DNA of 41,887 bases, taken from IMG/VR virus record IMGVR_UViG_3300037047_000308, positions 1 through 41,887 of that record. One strand, given 5' to 3'. The first letter of the stretch is position 1, and every line of letters begins with the position of its first letter. The position numbers and the translations under genes were made by a program. This document shows, one piece after another, positions 1 through 8,769 of this stretch. The DNA is from a virus. Lineage: Duplodnaviria; Caudoviricetes. Under the pieces are notes generated by a model, which saw only the letters and a program-made list of their open reading frames with translations, was not told the DNA's origin and searched no databases.

Positions 1-3
1 CTG

Positions 4-1800
4 TTGGACCTGACAGCCGCCGAAGACCCAAGGCGTAATCCACGGAACCGCTGCATTCATGAAGGCTTCCTTTCCGTGGCGCTTATTCCTATCCGTGCGA
101 ATCAAGAGATCGTCGGCCTGCTGCAGTTAAATGGCCGGAAGAAGAATAACTTTACAATCGAGGCAATTCGATTTTTTGAGGGGATCAGTGCAAGTATAGG
201 CGTGGCGCTGATGCACAGGCAGGCCGAGGAAGCGCTTAAACTGGCCCATGACGAACTGGAGAAACGGGTCGAGGAGAGAACCACAGAGGTTAAGGAACAG
301 GCTGCGCTCCTTAACCTTACCCACGACACTATCTTCGTAAAGGATATCGAGGATCGAATTACCTTTTGGAACAAGGGTGCTGAAGAAACATACGGATGGA
401 GTCGGGAAGATGTGCTGGGAAAGGTCACGCATATATTTCTTCAGACGCAATACCCTGGCGCCTCTTATGAAGAGGTGAGATCGTCTTTGATGGACAGGGG
501 CCGCTGGGAAGGAGAGCTCATTCATACGAGAAAGGATGGTCATCAGGCTGTGTTGGCGAGTCGCCAGGTCCTTAATCGTGACAGGGAGGGAAAGCCCCTC
601 GGCGTCCTTGAGATAAATATAGATATCACCGCGCAAAAGAACGTTGAAGAACAGCTCCGCCAGTCACAGAAGATGGAAGCTATCGGCACCCTCGCAGGAG
701 GCATTGCCCATGACTTCAACAATATCCTCGCGGCTATCCTGGGATTCACAGAGCTCGCCATCGATGATGTTTCCGACCGTCCAGAGGTAGAAAGAAATCT
801 TCATAACATCCTTAAATCGAGCATGAGGGCCAAGGAACTTGTCAAACAGATACTCGCCTTCAGCAGAAAGACCGCCCATGAGCGAAGCCCTATATCGCTC
901 ACCCCGCTTATCAGAGAGACTGTTCAGCTTCTCAAAGCCTCAATCCCTGCCACTATTCAAATCGTATCTACCTTGAGGGCCACCTCGGATACAGTCCTTG
1001 CAGCGCCAGTAGAGGTGCAGCAGATACTCATGAATCTTGCCACCAACGCCTCCCTTGCGATGGAAGAGGAAGGGGGAGCTCTGGAGATCGACCTCGTTGA
1101 TATCGACTTCGCACCCGATTCACCCGTATTGGAACCGGATATGATGCCGGGAGAGTATGTACAGCTTGTAGTAAAAGACACAGGCGCTGGCATGAGTCCT
1201 GACGTTATGAGGCGGGCCTTTGAGCCCTTCTTCACCACAAGGGTAAGGGGCAAGGGCACCGGCATGGGCCTTGCCGTAGTGTACGGGATTGTGAAGAACC
1301 TGCAGGGTATGATCACGGTCGAGAGTGAGGCCGGGAAGGGTTCCACCTTTCGCGTGTCTCTTCCCAAGATAAAGACTGGGGTAAAAGAAGAACAGACACT
1401 AGCAGCTCAAACCCCGGGGGGCAAGGAGAGTATCCTCTTTGTTGACGATGAGGAGATGCTCACTGAATGGGGACAGGCTATGCTCGAACGTCTTGGCTAC
1501 GCGGTGACTGCCCTGACTGACAGCACGGAGGCACTGAAGCTCTTCTCTTCCGATCCTTCCCGCTTCGACCTCGTGATCACCGACCAGACCATGCCGAAGC
1601 TCACAGGCCTGAACCTTGCCCGGAAACTTCTGGAGGTACAAAACAACATCCCCATCATCATCTGCACCGGTCATAGCGATGGTGTACCTCCAGAAAAGGC
1701 AAGAGAAGTTGGGATAAAAGAGTTCCTCATCAAACCCATTGGAAAGCAGCAACTGGCAACAGTAGTCAGAAGTGTGCTCGATACAAAATCTGAAGACTAA
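4..1800 (+). CDS. Hybrid sensor histidine kinase/response regulator (partial GAF, PAS, HisKA, HATPase, REC); probably 5'-truncated by the window edge; host gene
   Basis: PAS (ITFWNKGAEETYGWS), H-box GGIAHDFNNIL, N-box ILMNLATNA, G1 VKDTGAGM, F/G2 FEPFFTT..GKGTGMGL, receiver ILFVDDE..DLVITDQTMP..FLIKP. Confidence 0.93.
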   Translation: MDLTAAEDPRRNPRNRCIHEGFLSVALIPIRANQEIVGLLQLNGRKKNNFTIEAIRFFEGISASIGVALMHRQAEEALKLAHDELEKRVEERTTEVKEQAALLNLTHDTIFVKDIEDRITFWNKGAEETYGWSREDVLGKVTHIFLQTQYPGASYEEVRSSLMDRGRWEGELIHTRKDGHQAVLASRQVLNRDREGKPLGVLEINIDITAQKNVEEQLRQSQKMEAIGTLAGGIAHDFNNILAAILGFTELAIDDVSDRPEVERNLHNILKSSMRAKELVKQILAFSRKTAHERSPISLTPLIRETVQLLKASIPATIQIVSTLRATSDTVLAAPVEVQQILMNLATNASLAMEEEGGALEIDLVDIDFAPDSPVLEPDMMPGEYVQLVVKDTGAGMSPDVMRRAFEPFFTTRVRGKGTGMGLAVVYGIVKNLQGMITVESEAGKGSTFRVSLPKIKTGVKEEQTLAAQTPGGKESILFVDDEEMLTEWGQAMLERLGYAVTALTDSTEALKLFSSDPSRFDLVITDQTMPKLTGLNLARKLLEVQNNIPIIICTGHSDGVPPEKAREVGIKEFLIKPIGKQQLATVVRSVLDTKSED

Positions 1801-2059
1801 ACAGTAATCACTGTTTCCATTGTTAATCATCAATTTAGTCTACCGCCCGGCCTTACTGCTTCGCAGGTGTTCTGACAACCCTTCGCCTCCCTGCTTCACC
1901 CAAACCCCCCTTCTCCGCCCCGATTTAGCGCCCATCCCACATAAAATTTTTCTTCCCTGCCACGTTCGCGCATTCACGCGTGTACCAACGTAAGACCCAC
2001 CTTTATTCATCGCCCATGCTTTCCCTCTTGTAAGTCATTGAAATAACAGCTCTTTTCCA

Positions 2060-2087
2060 TTGCATTCGGCAGGTAATATGTTACAAT
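2060..2087 (+). promoter_or_regulatory. Candidate sigma70 promoter for the radC-parB operon
   Basis: TTGCAT (2060-2065), 16-bp spacer, extended -10 TGnTACAAT (2079-2087) in an AT-rich tract upstream of RBS AGGAGG and ATG 2148. Confidence 0.5.
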
Positions 2088-2147
2088 ATACTATAAGTAT
2101 ATGAAATCATTAGCGATATACACACAACACCCAAAAAGGAGGTACTT

Positions 2148-2573
2148 ATGCTTCTCAAGCTCAAAGAAACAGGCAGAACCAACATCACCGGTCCTGAAGC
2201 AGTCCACCGGGTTCTCTCCCGGGCACTCAAAGCCGAGAACCAGCTTGACCGGGACAAAGAGCACTTCTGGGCCATCGGCCTTACCACCAGGAGCCGAATC
2301 AAATATGTGGACCTCGTTTCCCTCGGCACCCTGAATGCTTCCCTAGTCCACCCCAGGGAATTGTTCCGGACCGCAATCAAACGGGCCGTCTCATCAGTGA
2401 TCGTCGCCCACAATCACCCCTCGGGAGACCTCGAGCCTTCGTCCGAAGACACAAGAATTACCACCAGGATCCGGGAAGCCGGCAGCATCATCGGCATCGA
2501 AGTCCTCGATCACGTCATTATCGCCGGCAGCAAGTATACGAGCTTCAAAGAACGCAACGGAGGTCTACTATGA
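2148..2573 (+). CDS. radC: RadC-like JAB/MPN domain protein (short, mobile-element type lacking the N-terminal HhH part)
   Basis: KEHF..VSLGTLNASLVHPRE..VAHNHPSGDLEPSSED..IEVLDHVII motifs; RBS AGGAGG. Confidence 0.92.
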   Translation: MLLKLKETGRTNITGPEAVHRVLSRALKAENQLDRDKEHFWAIGLTTRSRIKYVDLVSLGTLNASLVHPRELFRTAIKRAVSSVIVAHNHPSGDLEPSSEDTRITTRIREAGSIIGIEVLDHVIIAGSKYTSFKERNGGLL

Positions 2574-3361
2574 ACAATTACGAAAAGAAGAAAGAAGCAC
2601 GAATCCAACGTTTCAAAGACAGGGCCGAAAAGGCCCGCGCAAAGTCTGAAGGTCTTTACAAATCAGGGGCGGATGCCCTCCGGGTAATTCCTTTCGGTCA
2701 GCCCATCCTCATTGGCCATCATTCCGAGAAGGCTGATCGTTCCTACCGCAACCGGGCCTTTGCCAAACTCGACAAAGCGTCTGCGGAATCGGAAAAGGCT
2801 CAGTATTACGACAATAAGGTCCAGGCAGCCGAGTCGAACCACTCCATATCATCAGACGATCCCGACGCCGTCGAGAAGCTTCGGGCCAGGATCAAGAAAG
2901 CTGAATCCCTCCAGGCGCGTATGGTGGCAGCCAACAAGATCGTCCGCAAATTTAAGGCTGATAAACACAACGGCACTCTTGCACTGGAACAAGAGGGCTT
3001 TACTGCCGGAACAGCGGCGCGTCTCTTTGAACCGGACTTCATGGGTCGTCTCGGTTTCCCAGATTACGCCCTCCAGAACAACAACGCGAATATCCGTCGC
3101 ATGAAGGAGCGTCTGGCCGCACTTGAACGCTCCAGTGCCGCCGAGACCACCGAAATTGAGCGCAACGGAATTCGAATCATTGAAAACGCAGAAGAGAACC
3201 GTATACAGCTTGTCTTCCCCGGCAAACCCGATGTCTCCGTCAGGACACTCCTTAAGAGGAACGGCTTCCGCTGGTCCCCGACCAACGGAGCATGGCAGCG
3301 CCACCTCAATAGTGCCGGCAAATACGCGGCCCAGAGGATCATCGAGGAGGTATCCAAATGA
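2570..3361 (+). CDS. DUF3560 domain protein
   Basis: Signature IPFGQPILIGHHSE, ISSDDPDA, C-terminal NRIQLVFPGKP..LKRNGFRWSP..GAWQR; ATGA overlap with radC. Confidence 0.85.
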   Translation: MNNYEKKKEARIQRFKDRAEKARAKSEGLYKSGADALRVIPFGQPILIGHHSEKADRSYRNRAFAKLDKASAESEKAQYYDNKVQAAESNHSISSDDPDAVEKLRARIKKAESLQARMVAANKIVRKFKADKHNGTLALEQEGFTAGTAARLFEPDFMGRLGFPDYALQNNNANIRRMKERLAALERSSAAETTEIERNGIRIIENAEENRIQLVFPGKPDVSVRTLLKRNGFRWSPTNGAWQRHLNSAGKYAAQRIIEEVSK

Positions 3362-3654
3362 GTGATTCCAAGAAAATGAAAATCGTCGCACACATGTTCG
3401 GAGGCGTAATTGAGGCCGTTGAACACAATCTGTCCGACCTCGATGTAGAGATAATTTTCACCGAGAATCGCAAATACACCGTGGATGATGAGGAGATATG
3501 GCTTGATGAATATGAGCAAACCTTCGTCTATTCCTGGCTTGACGCTGAACTCAACAGAGAAGGCGTGGAACAGATATTCGATGTTGCCGAAGCCGAGAAA
3601 AAGAGGCGATCAGCGCTCAAAGAGGATCGGAAAAAGGAGGTGGAAGCACTATGA
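3358..3654 (+). CDS. Hypothetical acidic protein
   Basis: RBS GAGGAGG, ATGA overlaps at both ends. Confidence 0.7.
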   Translation: MSDSKKMKIVAHMFGGVIEAVEHNLSDLDVEIIFTENRKYTVDDEEIWLDEYEQTFVYSWLDAELNREGVEQIFDVAEAEKKRRSALKEDRKKEVEAL

Positions 3655-3905
3655 CCGACCCGACCCTGAGCCACTTCAGCACCCTGGCCGGCGGCCTCTC
3701 CAGACGCAAGAAGGTCGCCATCGAAATTACCCTAAAGAATGAGCGGGTCCTCCAGGCCCTTTACGAACCGCTCTTCAAAACGATCACCCTTGGCGGCATG
3801 ACCTTCCCCGCCGCCGAATTATCCACCTGGACAAAACTCTGCTGGGGATCAGTCCCGCAGGGCATCGTCATAAAAAACCTACAAGGAGGTCCCATTCATG
3901 GTTAA
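3651..3905 (+). CDS. Hypothetical protein
   Basis: RBS GGAGGTGG, coupled to neighbours by overlaps. Confidence 0.65.
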   Translation: MTDPTLSHFSTLAGGLSRRKKVAIEITLKNERVLQALYEPLFKTITLGGMTFPAAELSTWTKLCWGSVPQGIVIKNLQGGPIHG

Positions 3906-6057
3906 GAAAATCCCGTTAGACGAACAGACTCAGACAATTCTCTCCTATATGTCTTTTTCCGACGGTCCCGATGGGTCCGTTATCGGCAAGATCATTTCCC
4001 AGCTCGACCGCAAGACTTACGAAAAGGTCAATAAGGCCCTCGTAGTCCTGGGCGGCAAATGGAACCGCAAGGCCGGAGGCCACATCTTTCCCACAGACCC
4101 CCGACCCCACGTCGAGGAAGCTATCGATGAAGGCACACTCACAGTGGAAAAGGACGGCTTCTTCCAGACCCCGCCCGAAATAGCTGCCCGCATGATCGCC
4201 CTTTGCGGTGACCTCACGGGCTTAAGTATCCTCGAACCCTCCGCCGGCCTCGGGGCCATAGCGGACCACCTTACCCAGGCCGAAGACGTCCTCTGCATCG
4301 AGAAGAATCCCGACCGGGCAGCGCTCCTCAGACAGCGCGGATACAACGTCCACCAGGTGGACTTCCTTGAATCCGGTCCCTTCTTTTCATGCTTCGACCG
4401 GATTATCATGAACCCGCCCTTCGAGGACGGCCAGGATATGGATCATGTCTGCCACGCATACACCATGCTTGTCCCCGGCGGGATCCTTGTTTCCATCATG
4501 AGTGAAGGCCCCTTTTTCCGGTCCGATCGCAAGGCTCAGGAATTCCGCAACTGGCTCGATGAAGTCGGCGGTTACTCTGACCCTCTTCCTGACAAATCAT
4601 TCCATGTAAGCGGTACCGATGTAAAAACCCGCATCGTAGTTATTCGCGCCCCATGGGCGACATCAAACAATAAAGGAGAAAGCATCATGAAGACAATCGT
4701 ACAGGCACAGGATTTAGGCAGTTTTTCAATTGAAGACGGCAGCAAGCTCAGCTTCAGGCAGGCTCTCAAAGAGAACGATCTCAACCCGAAAGAATGGCGT
4801 CTCGCCTCCACCTACGAGACCAAAACAACAATCACCTATACCGTGACCCGCAAGACCCCGGAGGCCGCACTCTCCCAGGCCGCCCCTCTATCTTCGGCCC
4901 CTGCTACCGATGTAATAGCCCCCACCGAAGCGGCAAATCCCACAGACCCGGCAAGCCCTGTTGATCCTGCACCCCCGCCGCCGGCACAGGCCCTTCTGAC
5001 GCTTCCCCGTAAGGACTTCGAGCAGGCTTTGAAGGTCGCCTGCGATTTTGCCGCGCCCAGGACAACACTTCCCATCCTCACCAATGTACACCTCGCTTCC
5101 GATGGCGCCACCCTCAATATTTACGCCACCGACCTGGAGTGCTACTGGACGCGGACTATACCCCTTTCCTCCGGCGTCCCGGTTGCCGCAGCCGTCTACG
5201 CCTCCATCCTCTACTCAGAGGTAAAGGCCCTCGAGACCGACGTTGTTCAGGTCCGGCTCGCAATCGACAATGAGGCACGCACGATCTCCGTGAATGGCCG
5301 GTGCTCCATCCACACCTCAGACCCGGAGGAATTTCCCGAACCCCCGGTTGTTTCCGGCCCGGAGTTCTCCATCCCTGATCTTCGCGGCAAACTGAAGGCG
5401 GTAGAACCGGCAATCAGCACCGACCAGACCCGCTACATGCTCACCGGTGCGCAAATCGACTTTGCCGGCGGCAAGATCGTCGCCACCGACGGCTTCAGGC
5501 TCCACCACCAGGATATCAAGCCGGTCACAGGCACTCTTCCTATTCTCCTTCCGCACCGCGCAGTCAAGCTCATTATCAAGCATGGCGGGGCCTCCACAAT
5601 CACTGTCGACGGGACCGATGAACGCAAGTATATAAACTATCCCCTCCAGGGAGGCGCCATGATCGCCCGGCTCCTCGAAGGCAACTACCCCGACTGGCGG
5701 AACGTCCTTCCGGAAGACAAGGACCTTCTTATTGGTGTAAAGTTTGACACAAAGGAATTCTTCAAGATCGTGGAGGGCGTCATCCCTATTGCGGGCGCCA
5801 AAAGCACCGTCTCCCTCACCGTCAACGGCAGTCTTTCCATCGAGACGGAAGGCGACTGCGGACGCTACCACTGGCAAATACCGTGTGATGTCACCGGCAA
5901 GGGAGATGAATCGTACACGCGCTTGTACAATCTCAAATACCTGACAGATGCGCTCAAATCATTCGCAGGCGACGGCCCGGCCCTTCTTGAATTCCCCGTT
6001 ACCTTTGGCGCTACCCGCGTCAACAGCAATGCGATCGTCATGCCCATCAGGGCGTAA
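3898..6057 (+). CDS. SAM-dependent amino-methyltransferase (N-terminal ~260 aa) in frame with a DNA polymerase III beta-clamp-like domain; internal start at 4687
   Basis: MTase motifs FFQTP, ILEPSAGLG, IIMNPPF; DnaN motifs TLPILTNV, ATDLE, AISTDQTRYMLTG, VATDGFRL, RLLEGNYPDW, YNLKYLTDAL, VMPIR; internal RBS AAAGGAG (4672-4678) + in-frame ATG 4687. Confidence 0.85.
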   Translation: MVKKIPLDEQTQTILSYMSFSDGPDGSVIGKIISQLDRKTYEKVNKALVVLGGKWNRKAGGHIFPTDPRPHVEEAIDEGTLTVEKDGFFQTPPEIAARMIALCGDLTGLSILEPSAGLGAIADHLTQAEDVLCIEKNPDRAALLRQRGYNVHQVDFLESGPFFSCFDRIIMNPPFEDGQDMDHVCHAYTMLVPGGILVSIMSEGPFFRSDRKAQEFRNWLDEVGGYSDPLPDKSFHVSGTDVKTRIVVIRAPWATSNNKGESIMKTIVQAQDLGSFSIEDGSKLSFRQALKENDLNPKEWRLASTYETKTTITYTVTRKTPEAALSQAAPLSSAPATDVIAPTEAANPTDPASPVDPAPPPPAQALLTLPRKDFEQALKVACDFAAPRTTLPILTNVHLASDGATLNIYATDLECYWTRTIPLSSGVPVAAAVYASILYSEVKALETDVVQVRLAIDNEARTISVNGRCSIHTSDPEEFPEPPVVSGPEFSIPDLRGKLKAVEPAISTDQTRYMLTGAQIDFAGGKIVATDGFRLHHQDIKPVTGTLPILLPHRAVKLIIKHGGASTITVDGTDERKYINYPLQGGAMIARLLEGNYPDWRNVLPEDKDLLIGVKFDTKEFFKIVEGVIPIAGAKSTVSLTVNGSLSIETEGDCGRYHWQIPCDVTGKGDESYTRLYNLKYLTDALKSFAGDGPALLEFPVTFGATRVNSNAIVMPIRA

Positions 6058-6066
6058 GGAGGCGGT

Positions 6067-6507
6067 ATGATATATACCTTTGGCTACATGATCGGCACCC
6101 TTCGCCAGACAGAACGGTTCATGGCAGCAAAAAAGGTTGACCTTCTCGTTGACCTTCGCTCAGCCCCCTATTCCCGAAGGCCCGACAAATACGAATTTAA
6201 CCGGAACAGCCTTCATATCGTCCTCAGGGATCGCTACCTGTGGAAGGGCGATGCTCTCGGCGGCAAACCGGGCCCGGCGACACCGGAAGGCATCGCCTGG
6301 CTTCTGGATCAGGAAAAGGCACGGCGTACGCTCCTCCTCATGTGCGTGGAAAGAGACCCTCTCCAGTGCCACCGGTTTCAGGATATCGGCCGTCGCCTCC
6401 TGGCCCAGGGGCTCGACATTATCCATCTTACCCAGCCATCGGATGCGCCGTTCGTGATCCCGAAGGCCACATCCCGGATACTCAAGGAAGGAGGCTTACT
6501 AGCATGA
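6067..6507 (+). CDS. DUF488 family protein
   Basis: IYTFGY, LVDLRSAPYSR, FNR, LGG, LMCVERDPLQCHR motifs; RBS AAGGAGG. Confidence 0.82.
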   Translation: MIYTFGYMIGTLRQTERFMAAKKVDLLVDLRSAPYSRRPDKYEFNRNSLHIVLRDRYLWKGDALGGKPGPATPEGIAWLLDQEKARRTLLLMCVERDPLQCHRFQDIGRRLLAQGLDIIHLTQPSDAPFVIPKATSRILKEGGLLA

Positions 6508-7367
6508 ACGATACCATCAAAAACATTCCCATGGAGCTGGTTTTCCCGAACCCGAACCAGCCCAGAAAAGACTTTGATCCTGAAAAGCTCGAAGAACTCG
6601 CTATGTCCATCAGACAATACGGTGTCCTCGAGCCCATCGTGGTCACCCCCCGCGACGCCCGTTACATGATCGTAGCAGGAGAGAGGCGTTATCGCGCCTC
6701 TCTCCTTTCCGGTACAGCCGAAATCCCCGCCCGTGTCATTGAGGCCGGCGATTCTCTCGTCGAAGAGCTGGCCCTCCTTGAAAACGTTCAACGGGAGGAC
6801 CTGAACATCATTGAGGAGGCCCGGGCCTACCAGGCCCTTCTCGACCGGGGATGGACCCGCGAAGAACTCGCCCGGAAAATGGGTTTCAAGCAGCTCTGGA
6901 GAATCGACGAACGGACGAACCTCCTGAACCTTGCACCGGAATATCAGCGGCTGGTAGCAGACGGTACGATCGGCCATTCCCAGGCCTTCGAAATGAGCCG
7001 GGTCGGCCCTACTCATCAGGCCCTTATCCTGAAGAAAATCCGTTCCGGCGAACTAGGAAGCTACAACAAGATACGCGCCTTTGTTGACGGCCTGATCGCT
7101 GCCCAACAGCAGGGGTGTATCTTCTCCTTTGAAACCATTACCCTTGAGGAGCGGAGCACCATCGACAACCTTGAATACCTTATCAGGTCAGTCGAGCGGT
7201 ACATCAATATCCTGGACGGCGACCGGGCGCAGGACCTCAAGAAGGCCGCCTTTCACTCCGCCGTCACGCCGGAACGCCTCGATCTCATCATTCAGCACCT
7301 CATGAAAATCCGCAAGCTCGTCCTTGCTGGCACCGGAGTCAAAACCGCAATCGAGACGGCAGCATAG
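6504..7367 (+). CDS. parB: ParB/RepB/Spo0J family protein (start reassigned to ATG 6504)
   Basis: PNPNQPRKDF, LAMSIRQYGVLEPIVV, IVAGERRYRA, LLENVQREDLN..EEA, HTH; RBS AAGGAGG and ATGA overlap with DUF488 stop. Confidence 0.9.
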   Translation: MNDTIKNIPMELVFPNPNQPRKDFDPEKLEELAMSIRQYGVLEPIVVTPRDARYMIVAGERRYRASLLSGTAEIPARVIEAGDSLVEELALLENVQREDLNIIEEARAYQALLDRGWTREELARKMGFKQLWRIDERTNLLNLAPEYQRLVADGTIGHSQAFEMSRVGPTHQALILKKIRSGELGSYNKIRAFVDGLIAAQQQGCIFSFETITLEERSTIDNLEYLIRSVERYINILDGDRAQDLKKAAFHSAVTPERLDLIIQHLMKIRKLVLAGTGVKTAIETAA

Positions 7368-7380
7368 CCGTCTCTTCTCC

Positions 7381-7406
7381 GTCATTCCGGCGAAAGCCGG
7401 AATCCA
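7381..7406. repeat. REP/RPE-like palindrome GTCATTCCGGC-GAAA-GCCGGAATCCA
   Basis: ATTCCGGC/GCCGGAAT perfect stem with GAAA loop; related copy at 18325-18351. Confidence 0.8.
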
Positions 7407-7412
7407 TTTCAC

Positions 7413-7448
7413 GCCCTATAGGTCCATCCGACCCATAGGGCTTTTTTT
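7413..7448 (+). terminator. Intrinsic terminator of the accessory operon
   Basis: GCCCTAT-AGGTC..GACCC-ATAGGGC stem followed by T7. Confidence 0.8.
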
Positions 7449-7481
7449 ATGACGAGAGACAGTACGATGTTTTCGAGCTGC

Positions 7482-7517
7482 TCAGTATTTTCTGAAAGCA
7501 ATAATTTGCCGACTCAT
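7482..7517 (-). pseudogene. Divergent ORF stub MSRQIIAFRKY*, possible 5' remnant of an integron integrase
   Basis: Divergent from the attI-like site at 7731, where intI normally sits; shares a 17-bp exact match and peptide QIIAFRK with the stub at 10209-10238; identity as intI is inference only. Confidence 0.35.
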
Positions 7518-7672
7518 TCGTCAGTACCAGCTTTGGTAAGTCATACATTCATAGACTTCAATCGGTACTGAGGCATCGATACCATAAATAACGAACTTCA
7601 CTTTCTTGTAGTATTACCTACTAATTATGACAAACTTACACCAAGACTATTTGATTTCATTGTGTTTTTCTA

Positions 7673-7701
7673 TTGTCATTTACAGCACTTCAGAGTAGAC
7701 T
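7673..7701 (+). promoter_or_regulatory. Pc-like cassette promoter
   Basis: TTGTCA (7673-7678) - 17 bp - TAGACT (7696-7701), 30 bp upstream of the first cassette core site. Confidence 0.65.
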
Positions 7702-7713
7702 TTCATAAATACG

Positions 7714-7737
7714 AACTTCGTATATTAATTGTTATGT
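7714..7737 (+). other. attI-like site 1 (core G|TTATGT)
   Basis: GTTATGT (7731-7737) is 6/7 complementary to R'' ACACAAC of the first attC; 18/21 identical to the site at 10534-10554; not preceded by an attC hairpin. Confidence 0.6.
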
Positions 7738-7750
7738 GAAGGGAATAATT

Positions 7751-8164
7751 ATGAAAATGCGTCCTCACAATACTGAGCAAGCGGCCCGGGGTTTTGTAAT
7801 GTTTGAACTCGCCAGGCGTGGTTACAGCGTTCAACCGACCGACAGCAGATTCCCATCAGAGGATTTACTAGTGATTAGCCCCAACGGCAAACACTTCGGG
7901 ATTGATATCAAAGGCATGAGCACAAAAAACTTCTGGCAAGTTAAGGAACAAACGCCTTCTGATGAGACTTATTACGCCCTTGTATATGTTAAGCCGGAAG
8001 GACTCCCGGACGTGTATATTCTTGATAGTCACACCATGATGAAGCTTCACAAGGAGTATAAAGACAGGATTATAGCGAACGGCGGGAATGAAGATAATCG
8101 TTGGGGTGTATTATGGACGACGCCATTCCCCTACAAGGATAGATGGGACACTTTTCCGGAATGA
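7751..8164 (+). CDS. Cassette 1: small PD-(D/E)XK-like nuclease
   Basis: VMFELARRGYSV..EDLLVISPNGKHFGIDIKG pattern (D..D-x-K). Confidence 0.65.
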   Translation: MKMRPHNTEQAARGFVMFELARRGYSVQPTDSRFPSEDLLVISPNGKHFGIDIKGMSTKNFWQVKEQTPSDETYYALVYVKPEGLPDVYILDSHTMMKLHKEYKDRIIANGGNEDNRWGVLWTTPFPYKDRWDTFPE

Positions 8165-8185
8165 GGAGCCTGAAGGAAAACGGCC

Positions 8186-8248
8186 ACACAACCCATGGGT
8201 GCACCCAATCGGCCATAAAGCGGCCTCTGGGTGACGCTGCTGTTCGGT
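8186..8248 (+). other. attC site (63 bp)
   Basis: R'' ACACAAC, 5 bp, L'' GGTGCACC (extra G), stem GGCC/GGCC, L' GGTGACG, 5 bp, R' GTTCGGT. Confidence 0.82.
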
Positions 8249-8285
8249 CATGGATCATAAAATTTATATTGTGGAGGTGAGTTAA

Positions 8286-8678
8286 ATGGATTGCACTCAA
8301 CAAGCAATAAAAATTTATGAAGTATGCGTCAAGAATGCAAAGCTTAGTAAAAAGTTAACGTATCGTGATGTGCTTGACTATTTAGGGTATGGGGAACGTG
8401 TTCAAGGACATTCTATACGTTATGGTTTAGAGTTAGTCTGGATTGCTTGTGCTTATTCAAAATTGCCAATTTTAACTTCTATTATTGTAAATCAAGGAAC
8501 GGGGGCGCCCTCTGAAAGTGGCTATTCAGTTGCAGATTGGGAAAAAGACGCTCAAAAAGTATTTAAACAAAAAGAATGGCCACGCGTTGATGATATTGAT
8601 TGGAATTATGTTTATAAACATCGCGCGGAATTATCAAACATTCACAGCACCAGAGGCTACTGGAATAAAAAGAATTAA
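8286..8678 (+). CDS. Cassette 2: hypothetical protein, possible winged-helix-like domain
   Basis: RBS GGAGGTG; LTYRDV..LG and LPILTSIIVNQGTGAP pattern; AT-rich. Confidence 0.7.
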   Translation: MDCTQQAIKIYEVCVKNAKLSKKLTYRDVLDYLGYGERVQGHSIRYGLELVWIACAYSKLPILTSIIVNQGTGAPSESGYSVADWEKDAQKVFKQKEWPRVDDIDWNYVYKHRAELSNIHSTRGYWNKKN

Positions 8679-8681
8679 AAA

Positions 8682-8736
8682 ACCGAACAAGCCCATACAG
8701 CCGATCGCTTCGCTCCGGCTGATGTTGTCGTTGAAC
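8682..8736 (+). other. attC site (55 bp)
   Basis: R'' ACCGAAC (exact complement of GTTCGGT at 8242), 5 bp, L'' CATACAGC, L' GCTGATG, 5 bp, R' GTTGAAC. Confidence 0.88.
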
Positions 8737-8769
8737 ATTGAAGAATCGATGGAAGGAGGGTAGTCAGTA

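Noticed and set aside
1801-2147. Prophage left attachment site, tRNA or Mu-type end; IHF-like TAAGTCATTGAAA at 2031-2043
   Set aside because: No tRNA or partner repeat visible in the window; IHF match is imperfect and too short to support
6240-6503. Extended N-terminus of the ParB ORF
   Set aside because: Overlaps DUF488; RBS and ATGA coupling point to ATG 6504
7188-7412. Minus-strand ORF MKWIPAFAGMT..
   Set aside because: Translation of the REP-like palindrome, antisense to parB
7714-7724. loxP site (AACTTCGTATA)
   Set aside because: Only a partial single arm, no correctly spaced inverted arm; better explained as attI/dif-like
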